The translations under genes and the position numbers were made by a program. Positions 54,783 to 64,000 of a stretch of 64,000 nt of DNA are shown here, in pieces. The first letter of the stretch is position 1; every line of letters starts with the position of its first letter. This DNA is from a virus. Taxonomy: Duplodnaviria; Caudoviricetes. The stretch lies in the IMG/VR virus record IMGVR_UViG_2936514734_000001, positions 160,001-224,000 of that record; one strand, given 5' to 3'. A model generated the notes under the pieces. That model saw only the letters and a list, made by a program, of their open reading frames with translations. It did not search any database and had not been told where the DNA came from.

Positions 54783-57674
54783 ATGAGTAAAATCACTAAA
54801 TATGATCAAGAAATGCTTGATATTATACGTGATCCCGTTAAATGGACGGAACATCATCTAGGTGAAAAACCTCGTTGGTATCAAGAGCAGATACTTCGCC
54901 ATCCACATCACCGAAAAGTGTTAAGATGTGGTCGGCGTATCGGTAAATGTATAGAAGAAGATCAGCGGATTATTAATCCCAACACAGGAGAATACAAGTC
55001 GGTAGGCGAGTTATATAAAGCTCAACTTGATGGAAGCCCAACACCGCTACTAACTTTAAATGAGTCTTACCAATTAGAAAATAGTGAAGCTTTCTTCATT
55101 GAAGATAATGGTGTTAAGGATACATTTGCTGTTGTTACAAAACATGGTGCAAGAGTTGTTTTAACTGGAAACCATCCTGTTTTAACAGTAGATGGCTGGA
55201 AAGAGGTTGATGCACTCCGAATAGGAGAAAGTATCGCCACTCCTAAATTGCTACCTATTTACGGACAGAAGCAAGTAGACAAGCATAAGTTACGTATCTT
55301 AGCTTATATGTTAGCTGCAGGAAGATTTAATAAGGACAGTATTAGTTTCCAAGCTCGTTATGAGGGTGTTAGAGAAACCATGCTAGAATCTTGTGAACAT
55401 CTTGGTATTAATACATACAGAGAGCGTCACAAGAAAGCTACTATTTACCTTATTAATTTTAGCCAATTTGAATTTTATCGAGAAATTCAAGAAAAGAAAA
55501 TCCCATCTTTCATCTATGAGCTAGACAGAGAGCATTTAGTTTTCTTCTTAGGTAGCTTATATTCAGCGGGTGGATGGTTCTTTGCAGGACGTATTTGTGA
55601 AATTGGATATGCTACAAAAAATCGCAAGTTCGCTTTAGACCTCAAACATTTACTTCTACGCTTTGGTATTCAAGCAAACCTTCTACAAAAGGAAATGAAT
55701 GATTCAGTTTATTACCATCTTATGATTTATCATCGTTCATCAATCCTATTATTCCTCGAACATTTATCTACTCCTGAACGTGATTATGAAGAAATTCAAG
55801 CGCGTGCTTTAGAAATGACCTCTTCAGAGCCAACTTTACCTAAAGAAGTATGGAAGTATATCGAAGAAGAACGTATTGCCAAAGGCTTGAAAAAAGCTGA
55901 TGTAGTAGGTAAAGGTAACCGTCGTTATCGTACTGAAAAAGGAATCTCATTGAGCAATGCTCGTGTTTATTCTGAAAACCTTCAGTCTGCTATGCTTCAC
56001 GATCTTATTAACTCAGATGTGTTATGGGAAGAAGTAGTAGACATTGTTCCTCTTGGTAAGAGACAAACATACGATGTGTTTGTTCCAGAGACACACAACT
56101 TAGTAGTCGAAGACATATTGGTTCATAACACATGGACAATGTGTGCTCATATGCTATGGGTTGCTTTTACTTGTAATGGCGGTACTAGTATTAGAAAAGG
56201 AGCCGCTTGTGTAGTTGCTACCCCATATGACAACCAAGCACGCTTAATCTTTGACCAACTAAAAACCTTCATCGACAATAACCCCGTTTTAGAAGAATCC
56301 GTAAAATCCATTACTAAAAACCCATACGTAATTGAATTCAAAAACAAATCCATTATTCGTCTATTTACTGCAGGTACTCGTTCAGGTGCAGAGGGTGGTT
56401 CTCTACGTGGACAACGTGCGGACTGGCTTTATATGGACGAAGTGGACTATATGAGTGATAAAGATTTTGAGTCTATTTACGCTATTGTCAACGAAGCTCC
56501 AGATCGTATCGGTACAATGATTGCATCTACACCGACTGGACGACGTGGGATGTTTTATAAAACATGTACACAAATGAAGCTTAATCAAGATGTAAAAATG
56601 AACGAAAAAAACATCTATGATATGAGTACGTATGACCGTAAATCAGCGGAAGGTTGGGCAGAGTTCTACTTCCCTACAATGGTTAACCCGGAATGGGGAC
56701 CAAAAATGGAGCGGGAACTTCGTAAACTCTTCTCTGAAAACGCATATGAGCATGAGGTACTTGCAGAGTTTGGTACTGAAATGGTCGGGGTGTTCAATAA
56801 AGAATACATTGACGAGGCATCAAGCATTGGTTACAACTATACTACCTCTCCTGCACATCATGGTCCTATTGCTATCGGGGTTGACTGGGATAAGTTCGGT
56901 AACGCTACACAAATTGTTGTTACTCAATATAATCCATTCGAACCGAGACGATTACGGCCAGAGCTTGGAGAAACAGAACAAAAATATGGTAGATTCCAGG
57001 TTATTAACCGAATTGAAATTCCTAAAGGGGAATTCACATACGATAATGCGGTTAAAAAGATTATTGAATTAGATGGAATTTATAATCCGTTTGCTATCTA
57101 TTGTGACCGAGGTGCTGGTGAATACCAAATCGAGCTTCTACGTAAAACACTAGGTGATAGAGTAAAAGGTGTTCATTTAGGAAGTTCTCAATTAGTACGA
57201 GATCCACATAGCAGAGAATTTGATAAGAAGCCACTTAAACCATTCATTGTTAACCAAACAGTGTTAATGCTGGAACGTGGTCAAATTCGTATCCCTCACC
57301 GTGACATAGATGAAACATTAGCAAGACAAATGACTAACTATCAAGTAGTCCGCTTCAGTGCTAAAACAGGTGAAGCAACATATACCGATGTAGATGAACA
57401 CGCATTAGATGGCTTAATGTTTGGTTTACTTGCATTTATTAATGAAAAACCTGAGTTAGCTGCTACTGTTATCGAGAAGCCTCATGCAAAAACGATTGGC
57501 AAGATTAAAAAGTCATTTACTGATCCGTTTAAGTTAAAAGAAGAAGTTAGATCCACCGATTCTGAATTACGCCAAAAACCTAAAAATACAAAAGTTCGTC
57601 AAAGAGCTAGTAAGGGTTTTGGATGGGGAAAACGTGGTGGAAATATGAAAATGCCGTCTCGCGGAGGATGGTAA
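54783..57674 (+). CDS. terL: terminase large subunit containing an intein
   Basis: YQ motif, CGRRIGK/T Walker A (split by the intein), LRG, YMDEVDY Walker B, ASTP, GVDW nuclease motif, DEHALDG; ATG 54783 after AAAGGAG. Confidence 0.93.
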   Translation: MSKITKYDQEMLDIIRDPVKWTEHHLGEKPRWYQEQILRHPHHRKVLRCGRRIGKCIEEDQRIINPNTGEYKSVGELYKAQLDGSPTPLLTLNESYQLENSEAFFIEDNGVKDTFAVVTKHGARVVLTGNHPVLTVDGWKEVDALRIGESIATPKLLPIYGQKQVDKHKLRILAYMLAAGRFNKDSISFQARYEGVRETMLESCEHLGINTYRERHKKATIYLINFSQFEFYREIQEKKIPSFIYELDREHLVFFLGSLYSAGGWFFAGRICEIGYATKNRKFALDLKHLLLRFGIQANLLQKEMNDSVYYHLMIYHRSSILLFLEHLSTPERDYEEIQARALEMTSSEPTLPKEVWKYIEEERIAKGLKKADVVGKGNRRYRTEKGISLSNARVYSENLQSAMLHDLINSDVLWEEVVDIVPLGKRQTYDVFVPETHNLVVEDILVHNTWTMCAHMLWVAFTCNGGTSIRKGAACVVATPYDNQARLIFDQLKTFIDNNPVLEESVKSITKNPYVIEFKNKSIIRLFTAGTRSGAEGGSLRGQRADWLYMDEVDYMSDKDFESIYAIVNEAPDRIGTMIASTPTGRRGMFYKTCTQMKLNQDVKMNEKNIYDMSTYDRKSAEGWAEFYFPTMVNPEWGPKMERELRKLFSENAYEHEVLAEFGTEMVGVFNKEYIDEASSIGYNYTTSPAHHGPIAIGVDWDKFGNATQIVVTQYNPFEPRRLRPELGETEQKYGRFQVINRIEIPKGEFTYDNAVKKIIELDGIYNPFAIYCDRGAGEYQIELLRKTLGDRVKGVHLGSSQLVRDPHSREFDKKPLKPFIVNQTVLMLERGQIRIPHRDIDETLARQMTNYQVVRFSAKTGEATYTDVDEHALDGLMFGLLAFINEKPELAATVIEKPHAKTIGKIKKSFTDPFKLKEEVRSTDSELRQKPKNTKVRQRASKGFGWGKRGGNMKMPSRGGW
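54948..56129 (+). mobile_element. 394-aa intein with a degenerate LAGLIDADG homing-endonuclease domain
   Basis: Starts C(IEED), block B LTGNHP, block F YDVFV..THN, ends VHN followed by Thr. Confidence 0.92.
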
Positions 57675-57680
57675 AAGATA

Positions 57681-57713
57681 GCGACAGGTATCCGCAAAGG
57701 GCCTGTCGTTTTT
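57681..57713 (+). terminator. intrinsic terminator-like hairpin after terL
   Basis: GCGACAGG...CCTGTCGT followed by a T-run. Confidence 0.65.
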
Positions 57714-57726
57714 ATATTATAAGGAG

Positions 57727-59103
57727 ATGAACAGTATGGATGAAAAAGAAATGTATGGAGAAGACAATGCTATAGATACAGAGTTTGAACGCTCTATTTT
57801 GGAATATCGTCCGAAAGTGAAATATGAACCTAAAAAACCAATCACTGTTAATTTACAAACTGAAGAAGTTGTCCTTGATGAAGAAGAAGATGATGAAGAT
57901 GTAGATAGCAATGATTATGAAGCGGAAGAAAAGCCTGCACAGCAGTATCAGGACTTTGCAGAAACATATGATTTACTTAATCAGATGATTGAATATGTAG
58001 AAGAAAAGATTAAAGATACTGTAGTTCCTTTATCAGCGGAACAAGTGGAAAAAATCTACGAGTCATTCCCTCACTTAGACCCTTCACTACTTTCAAATGG
58101 TGTTATTGATTTCCAAACATACGCTAATACATTTGAAGATCCTGAAGCCCCAGCTAATTCACTAATTCAAGATATTGTTCATTCTTATGCAGAGGATGTA
58201 GATGGATCGCTTGAACTAGAGTTGTATGAAGATTTAAAAGAGCTACAAGCAACCGTTCGAGAAGGTTATTTCTTATACAAACAATCTATTTTGAAGAACT
58301 ACATAGACGGGGAACTACCTGATGAACCTGTAAAAAATGAAGAGTTAGTAAAGCAAATAGATGAAGCGGTGCAGCAGCAAAATGACTGGTTTGATGATAT
58401 CTCAAAAAATTACTCAGATACAGAAAAGAAATACTATGACACTCTTAGAACGGCATATGGTACACCTGAATTTTTTAAGGTGACTGAAGAGTATACTGCT
58501 TCAAAACGTCCGTATGATATTGCAGTTAGAGAAAATAAAACTATTCAAGAAATGATTTTGTTAGTAGACAACCTTCTTCAAGGAACAGAAGATACGTCTG
58601 CCCGCATCAAATCGGGATTAGTTTTAGGTAGCGATATTGACACGGAAGAGGTTATGAAGGTATTAGAAAATCAAGCTACTACTAAAGAAGAATTTGCTGA
58701 ACTAATGAAAATGACACAGTTATCTCTTAAACTCCAGGTCAATTACCAAATTGAAGATAAAAAGCAATATCGAGATGTGTTAAAAAACATAAACAATCTT
58801 TCTCGTAAGCAGAGGGCACATGATGAATTACTAACCGCCTTTGAACTTCGAAATAAGATGTATTTAAAAACATATGATGCATTGCAAAACTTAAATTCAC
58901 CTAGTAAGGATTTAGGAGTAGAAGCCTTTTTAAATCAATTGGCTGGAGGACTAAATCTTATACAGGAACAATATCACGCATTTGTTAATGACGTCTATGC
59001 GATGTATACATCTGATTATGAAGTTCGTAGAGACAAAATTGAGAAAACATTAGACAAAGAGAATGCTAGAGCAGGCTATTCTTTAGTTTTAGATCATCTA
59101 TAA
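57727..59103 (+). CDS. acidic helical hypothetical protein in the head module
   Basis: 458 aa between terL and portal. Confidence 0.75.
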   Translation: MNSMDEKEMYGEDNAIDTEFERSILEYRPKVKYEPKKPITVNLQTEEVVLDEEEDDEDVDSNDYEAEEKPAQQYQDFAETYDLLNQMIEYVEEKIKDTVVPLSAEQVEKIYESFPHLDPSLLSNGVIDFQTYANTFEDPEAPANSLIQDIVHSYAEDVDGSLELELYEDLKELQATVREGYFLYKQSILKNYIDGELPDEPVKNEELVKQIDEAVQQQNDWFDDISKNYSDTEKKYYDTLRTAYGTPEFFKVTEEYTASKRPYDIAVRENKTIQEMILLVDNLLQGTEDTSARIKSGLVLGSDIDTEEVMKVLENQATTKEEFAELMKMTQLSLKLQVNYQIEDKKQYRDVLKNINNLSRKQRAHDELLTAFELRNKMYLKTYDALQNLNSPSKDLGVEAFLNQLAGGLNLIQEQYHAFVNDVYAMYTSDYEVRRDKIEKTLDKENARAGYSLVLDHL

Positions 59104-59118
59104 GAGAGGTGTACAAAA

Positions 59119-61233
59119 TTGAGTATGTTAGAACGAATTCGTAGAGGAGTTCGATTAAGAACTGTTAGCGAAGCACCTTCTTCCGCTAAGCGTGATCCTA
59201 AGAAGACAGCCGTTACTCGTTTAGGTCAAGCTGTTAAAAGCGCTGGTGGTGGAGGAGACTTTGAAGATTCACCAGTAGACCTAGCTGAAATTGGTCGTGC
59301 ATATTACACTGACAGTTATATTCGTAGAGCAGTGGATAAACACTCAGCTCTAATGTTTAAAAATGGATGGGAACTATCCGGCAAAAATGATCAGGCAGTT
59401 GAGTACGTTTGGACTCGACTTAAACTAATGGCTGAAGGTACAGGGCAAAGTATTGATTCCTTGCTACAAGAAATTGCCGACAACTTAATACTTTATGGTA
59501 ATGCTTATGTGGTAAAAGCTCGCGCAAAAAACAATAGTAATCCAAGTGGCCTAACCGCTACAGGATACACGTCAAATAAACCTGTTGCTGGATATTTCGT
59601 TCTTCCCACCCAACAAGTAACAATAAGTCGTGATGATGTAGGTAAGATAATTGCTTATCAACAATCAAGCGGTACAGGTGGAGATGGTGTTGAATTTAAA
59701 CCTGAAGACATTATTCATTTTGCTTATCGTAAACCGAGTGGACGAGCTTATGGTGTACCGTTTATCTACAATGCCTTAGATGATGTTAAATTACTTCGTC
59801 AGATTGAGGAAAATGTAGCCCGTTTAATTTACCGCAATTTATTCCCCCTTTACTTATACAAGGTAGGTATAGATAAGCCAGGGTTTGAAGCAACTGAAGA
59901 CGAGATTGAAGATTTACGTGAAGAGATTCGTAATATTCCTGTTGATGGTGCTTTAGTTGTCCCTGAGAGACACAATATTGAAGTAGTAGGTTCTCAAGGA
60001 CAAGCAATTGATGCTAATGGGTACCTTAAATATTTCCGTGAGCGTGTATTCTCTGGTTTAGGAGTGAGTGACACGATTATGGGTATTTCAGGAACCGCTA
60101 ATAAATCTACCTCTGATAATCAATCTTCTGACCTTAACGATACAGTTAAGGACTTCCAAAAAACCTTCTCTGATGTAGCCAAATTCGCTATTATCAATGA
60201 ACTTCTTTTTGAGGGTGGATACGATCCAACTCTAAACCCCGACGATGAAATTGACTTTGTTTTCCACGAAATTGAATTCGATGCAAAAATCAAACGCGAA
60301 AATCATGTTGTTCAATTGTTTATGCAAAACAGTATTGTCTTTGAAGAGATGCGTCAATTACTTGGTTATGACATTCAAGTTGATGAATCACGCCTATACA
60401 CAAATATGTTTAACGCTAGTTCTGCAACGGGTGATGCAGGAACAGAAGGAGCAGAGGCTGCAGCTAATCAAGGCAACAACAAAGATCAACCAGAGAACCA
60501 GAGCGGAAAACAAACTAGTCCAGGTAAACCTAAAACATCTGAAACAAGCAGTAAGAGTGCTTCAGTTTCTGAAAACACAAAATTGACCGAGCAAGACCAA
60601 CTGGTTACTTTGACTGAGACATTACAAGTTGGTGAGTTCACTAAGAAAGTTGAACAGCACTGGTTAGAGACGATGGAAGATGTACAGGTTAGAGTCCGAC
60701 GCAATGAAGATACAGATATGGTCACTTCGTTTACTACCGGATTAATAAGTGGACTAATTAGGGACCAAGTAAATCCTTTTGTTGAGCGGGCCTTTTTACA
60801 TGGATTCCAAGAAGGATTAATCCAAATGGGGAACGACTTAACGAAAATACAAAGTGGCGATATACAAGTAGCGGTGTCAAAACATAACAAAGCATTTGAA
60901 CGATTAATGAATGACATTACTCGCTTAGTATCTAGTTGTTATGAAAAAGACAATCCAGCGGCTCATATTACACATTCATTTACAGCTAATCGCTATCGTA
61001 TTGGATTCATTGCTAAACGTATTGCTTATGAAGCCTATAACTATGGAGTTGCTCTATCAGCTGAAAAAAGTAAAAGAGATAGAGTCTACGTTAAGCACAA
61101 ACCAAACTGTTGTAAGAAATGCCTAACTGCTTCCTCAGAAATCATCTTATCTGATGGTTGGAGAGAGCAGATCCCACCTCACCATACCAACTGCGAATGC
61201 ACTATTGTTCTCAATAATAAGGAGGTCATCTAA
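59119..61233 (+). CDS. portal protein with a C-terminal MuF-like (minor head) domain
   Basis: LYGNAY, F.PEDIIHF, YGVP and GLGV portal motifs; C-terminal CCKKC and IPPHHTNCEC resemble MuF P.HPNCRC. Confidence 0.82.
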   Translation: MSMLERIRRGVRLRTVSEAPSSAKRDPKKTAVTRLGQAVKSAGGGGDFEDSPVDLAEIGRAYYTDSYIRRAVDKHSALMFKNGWELSGKNDQAVEYVWTRLKLMAEGTGQSIDSLLQEIADNLILYGNAYVVKARAKNNSNPSGLTATGYTSNKPVAGYFVLPTQQVTISRDDVGKIIAYQQSSGTGGDGVEFKPEDIIHFAYRKPSGRAYGVPFIYNALDDVKLLRQIEENVARLIYRNLFPLYLYKVGIDKPGFEATEDEIEDLREEIRNIPVDGALVVPERHNIEVVGSQGQAIDANGYLKYFRERVFSGLGVSDTIMGISGTANKSTSDNQSSDLNDTVKDFQKTFSDVAKFAIINELLFEGGYDPTLNPDDEIDFVFHEIEFDAKIKRENHVVQLFMQNSIVFEEMRQLLGYDIQVDESRLYTNMFNASSATGDAGTEGAEAAANQGNNKDQPENQSGKQTSPGKPKTSETSSKSASVSENTKLTEQDQLVTLTETLQVGEFTKKVEQHWLETMEDVQVRVRRNEDTDMVTSFTTGLISGLIRDQVNPFVERAFLHGFQEGLIQMGNDLTKIQSGDIQVAVSKHNKAFERLMNDITRLVSSCYEKDNPAAHITHSFTANRYRIGFIAKRIAYEAYNYGVALSAEKSKRDRVYVKHKPNCCKKCLTASSEIILSDGWREQIPPHHTNCECTIVLNNKEVI

Positions 61234-62673
61234 TTGAATATTTTAAAGTGGAAGGGTCTAGATTTAGACCCTATGAAAATCAGTGAGTCTGTAACAACTA
61301 AGGTCGATATTGGACAGGTTGATACAGCATTCAATGAATCTACTAACGAGAGCGGTATTACGGTTCTTTATCCAAAGATTGAAGCCATTCATGAAGGAAG
61401 AACCCGTAACTTTAACCGCTACACTGCTGAAAAACTTAAAGGAAACCATGAATTAAAAAGTGGTGTCTATAGTTGGACACAACCTTTCCCCAAGCCAGTC
61501 ATCCACAATCATGATGTAAATACAGAAGCTACAGGTCGTGTTTATTCCGCTTCCTACTCCGATTACACTTCTGCCGGTCGCCCCGGAATTATTGTTACTC
61601 CCAAAATTACTCAAGAGAAAGCTATTAAAGATATTTTAGAAGGTCGTTTACTCACTGTCTCTATTGGAGCAACTACTAATGCTGCTGTATGTAGTGTATG
61701 TAGTACAGACATCATCAATGAAGGTTGGTGCGGTCATATGAGAGGTGAAGAGTATGATGGCCAAATGTGTGAATGGGTAGCCGGAGACTTATTCTTTGAT
61801 GAATTAAGTTGGGTTAACGTACCTGCTGACTCAGATGCCATGATTACTAGTACTTCATTAGCTCAAAATACAATGGCTACAGGTGAGAGCATTACTGTGC
61901 AAGGTAGTAACGAATCTAAGCCTGAAAAAGAGAAACAAATCGTCGTTGAGGGTACTATTACAGCTGAAAATATCGATACTTCGACTTCAACGTTGACGAC
62001 AGAATCAGTAGTGGTTAAAAGTGATAGTGAATCAACTACAAAGGAGGAAAGCATTGTGACACAAGAGGATCAAGTTGCAACTGAAGCACAACAAGAAGTA
62101 ACTGATGTTACTGAGCAAACAGATGAAGCTACTCAACAAGAACAAGCTACAGATGAAACGAATGTAGTTGAAAATGCAGAAGTAGAAGAGTCAACAGAGA
62201 CAGAAGAAGAAAACCTTGAAGCTGAAGTTGTAGAAGAAAACGCTAATGCAGAAGAACCTGCTGTAGCAGAAGCAGATACATCGATTGAACTTCAAAAGGC
62301 ACAAGACGACTTAGCTGAAGCTCAAAAAACTATTGATGAATTAACAGAGGCGAATGTACAACTTGCAAAAGAGCTACATGAAGCTACGGTTAATTTCTTA
62401 GTAGATTTACGTGTTGCCGTTGGTAAAGAATCTAGCCGTGAAGATGCAGTTACGAAATATACTGCTCGCACATTAGAATCATTACGTGATTCAATCTCTG
62501 ACATTCTAGTAGAAAAGCCAGCTATTAATAAGCAGGTTACTCGTAATGTTGAACATGTAGAAAAGCCAACAGGTGAAAAAATCGTTACCGAAAGTAAAGA
62601 CTTGTTAACAAAGAAGGTAATGGTTACAAATAACGAAGAAGCATTAATTAGTCTATTAACTGGACGCAGATAA
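61234..62673 (+). CDS. prohead protease fused to an acidic scaffold-like region
   Basis: HNH, TVSIG..CSVC..CGH and ELSWVNVPAD protease motifs; E/T-rich linker and coiled coil. Confidence 0.8.
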   Translation: MNILKWKGLDLDPMKISESVTTKVDIGQVDTAFNESTNESGITVLYPKIEAIHEGRTRNFNRYTAEKLKGNHELKSGVYSWTQPFPKPVIHNHDVNTEATGRVYSASYSDYTSAGRPGIIVTPKITQEKAIKDILEGRLLTVSIGATTNAAVCSVCSTDIINEGWCGHMRGEEYDGQMCEWVAGDLFFDELSWVNVPADSDAMITSTSLAQNTMATGESITVQGSNESKPEKEKQIVVEGTITAENIDTSTSTLTTESVVVKSDSESTTKEESIVTQEDQVATEAQQEVTDVTEQTDEATQQEQATDETNVVENAEVEESTETEEENLEAEVVEENANAEEPAVAEADTSIELQKAQDDLAEAQKTIDELTEANVQLAKELHEATVNFLVDLRVAVGKESSREDAVTKYTARTLESLRDSISDILVEKPAINKQVTRNVEHVEKPTGEKIVTESKDLLTKKVMVTNNEEALISLLTGRR

Positions 62674-62693
62674 AATAAGGAGGCACATTACAA

Positions 62694-63959
62694 ATGGCAC
62701 AATTTCCAAATGTAAATGGTTCTTACAAGGCAAAAGGTAAGTCACATACTGGATTAGTAGTTTCCGAGGGCATGGCGCCAGCAGAGGAAATGATTATCTC
62801 ACGTACTAATGGTGCGGCACCTTTTATCTATGAATATGGACCAGAAGGTAATCAAACAGTAGTTTTAGCGAAAGGTAAGATCGTTGAAGTAGTCGGTTCT
62901 GAATACGACTCTGAAACTGGTTATTACAAAACAGCGGTGAAGCAGGCAACTGACGCATCTGAGAAAGTTACTGGTGTTAACCACCAAAACGTATACTCTC
63001 GCCGTCGTGACGGTATGGTTAGTACATTAACTACACCAACTGTAATCACTCGTAACTATATTGAAGTACCATTATTCGAAACAGAAGGTACAGCGGATTT
63101 AGGAGCTGCTCAAGTTCTTGCAGAAGCAATGAAATTTGGTGCTGCAGTATCTAACAAAGGCGGAGAAAACGAAGCTCAAACAGTTTTACTTCCTGGTGAC
63201 CGTGTAGTTTCTGACCGTTCTGGTAACTTCCGTAAATATGTAAAAGGTACAGATTCTCCTGAAGCAATCATTGGACAAGTTTGGGCTAAAGAAACTGAAC
63301 TTCCTCCTGCAGGTTTCCTTCAATACTACTCTGACCTAGTAAACCCTGAAATGGAACAATTCTTAAAATTAATGTCACGTACTCCATCTCCAGGTCTTCC
63401 AGCAACAGGTGACGGTGCATTCCCTTATGGAGCTCCTTACACAGTTAAAGGTTGGAAACCGGAATTTGAAAAATTATTAATGGGCGCTAAAATGGCTGGT
63501 ATTCCGTTCTTAACAGATGGATTCTTCCGTGCTCAAGAAGTTCGTACATTCGCAGCATCTACAGGTACTGCAGGCTCTATGACTTTAAGTGCTGATATCG
63601 AAGCAGTTCGTTCTGGTGAAGGAACTACATTTGATGTAGCAAACAACAAAGTAGTTGTAAACGCTGGTGTTAAAAACGCTGCTGTATTTGTGAAATTAAA
63701 ACACAAAATCGACGTTACTAAATTAGCAAACGTTGCTGCTCAAATTGACGGTAAAGCGGTTAATGCTAATGACATGCACGTTGATGTACAAAACAACACT
63801 ATTGTTATCTACTTACCTATTAACGATACGAAAGATCCTGTAGAACATACTGGATTAACTTTCACAGTTCCTATGGTTGTAGATCCAATCGCTGGTATTC
63901 CTACTGGATGGGATCACAAAGGTTCTGTCGGTGCAGTACGTATCTTACTTCAAAAATAA
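62694..63959 (+). CDS. head structural protein (decoration or capsid-associated)
   Basis: 421 aa, AAGGAGG RBS, directly after the protease/scaffold; positional inference. Confidence 0.6.
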   Translation: MAQFPNVNGSYKAKGKSHTGLVVSEGMAPAEEMIISRTNGAAPFIYEYGPEGNQTVVLAKGKIVEVVGSEYDSETGYYKTAVKQATDASEKVTGVNHQNVYSRRRDGMVSTLTTPTVITRNYIEVPLFETEGTADLGAAQVLAEAMKFGAAVSNKGGENEAQTVLLPGDRVVSDRSGNFRKYVKGTDSPEAIIGQVWAKETELPPAGFLQYYSDLVNPEMEQFLKLMSRTPSPGLPATGDGAFPYGAPYTVKGWKPEFEKLLMGAKMAGIPFLTDGFFRAQEVRTFAASTGTAGSMTLSADIEAVRSGEGTTFDVANNKVVVNAGVKNAAVFVKLKHKIDVTKLANVAAQIDGKAVNANDMHVDVQNNTIVIYLPINDTKDPVEHTGLTFTVPMVVDPIAGIPTGWDHKGSVGAVRILLQK

Positions 63960-64000
63960 TTCACTTCGATTTACCCTCAATTTTCTTCTGAATTGCTAGT

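Overview
AT-rich segment of a large Bacillaceae-type (Firmicutes) phage genome that also carries a plasmid replicon, so probably a phage-plasmid or plasmid prophage (inferred). From 1 to 50554 almost all genes are on the minus strand. This arm holds an AIPR-like protein, a NADAR + SLOG-macrodomain + RtcB cluster, DnaE, an OB-fold protein, RNase H, and a PRTRC-like ubiquitin-conjugation operon (E1/ThiF, JAB protease, E2 and a four-copy head-to-tail polyubiquitin-like precursor). It also holds Spx-like and SpoVG-like proteins, a CCA-adding/HD enzyme, an atypical tRNA-like gene, many small ORFs, a RecD/Dda-like helicase and a 1461-aa YonO/RdRP-family single-subunit RNA polymerase. A plus-strand island at 25.0-28.3 kb encodes RepA_N with internal iterons and a probable counter-transcribed RNA, plus a ParM-like actin and a ParR-like adaptor. 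From 50886 to the end, plus-strand genes include two probable nucleotide-signal sponges (gp49/66-like and DUF2829), an intein-containing large terminase, a portal with a MuF-like tail, a prohead protease/scaffold and a head protein. Non-coding signals read from the sequence: a family of C-GNNA-G hairpins (including a back-to-back array), dispersed 10-bp-phased CTAG arrays, a CTATATAG palindrome cluster and two highly structured candidate ncRNAs. The strongest candidate for an undescribed system is the phage-encoded polyubiquitin-like conjugation operon (17219-23336). All family calls come from motif recognition by eye, not database searches.
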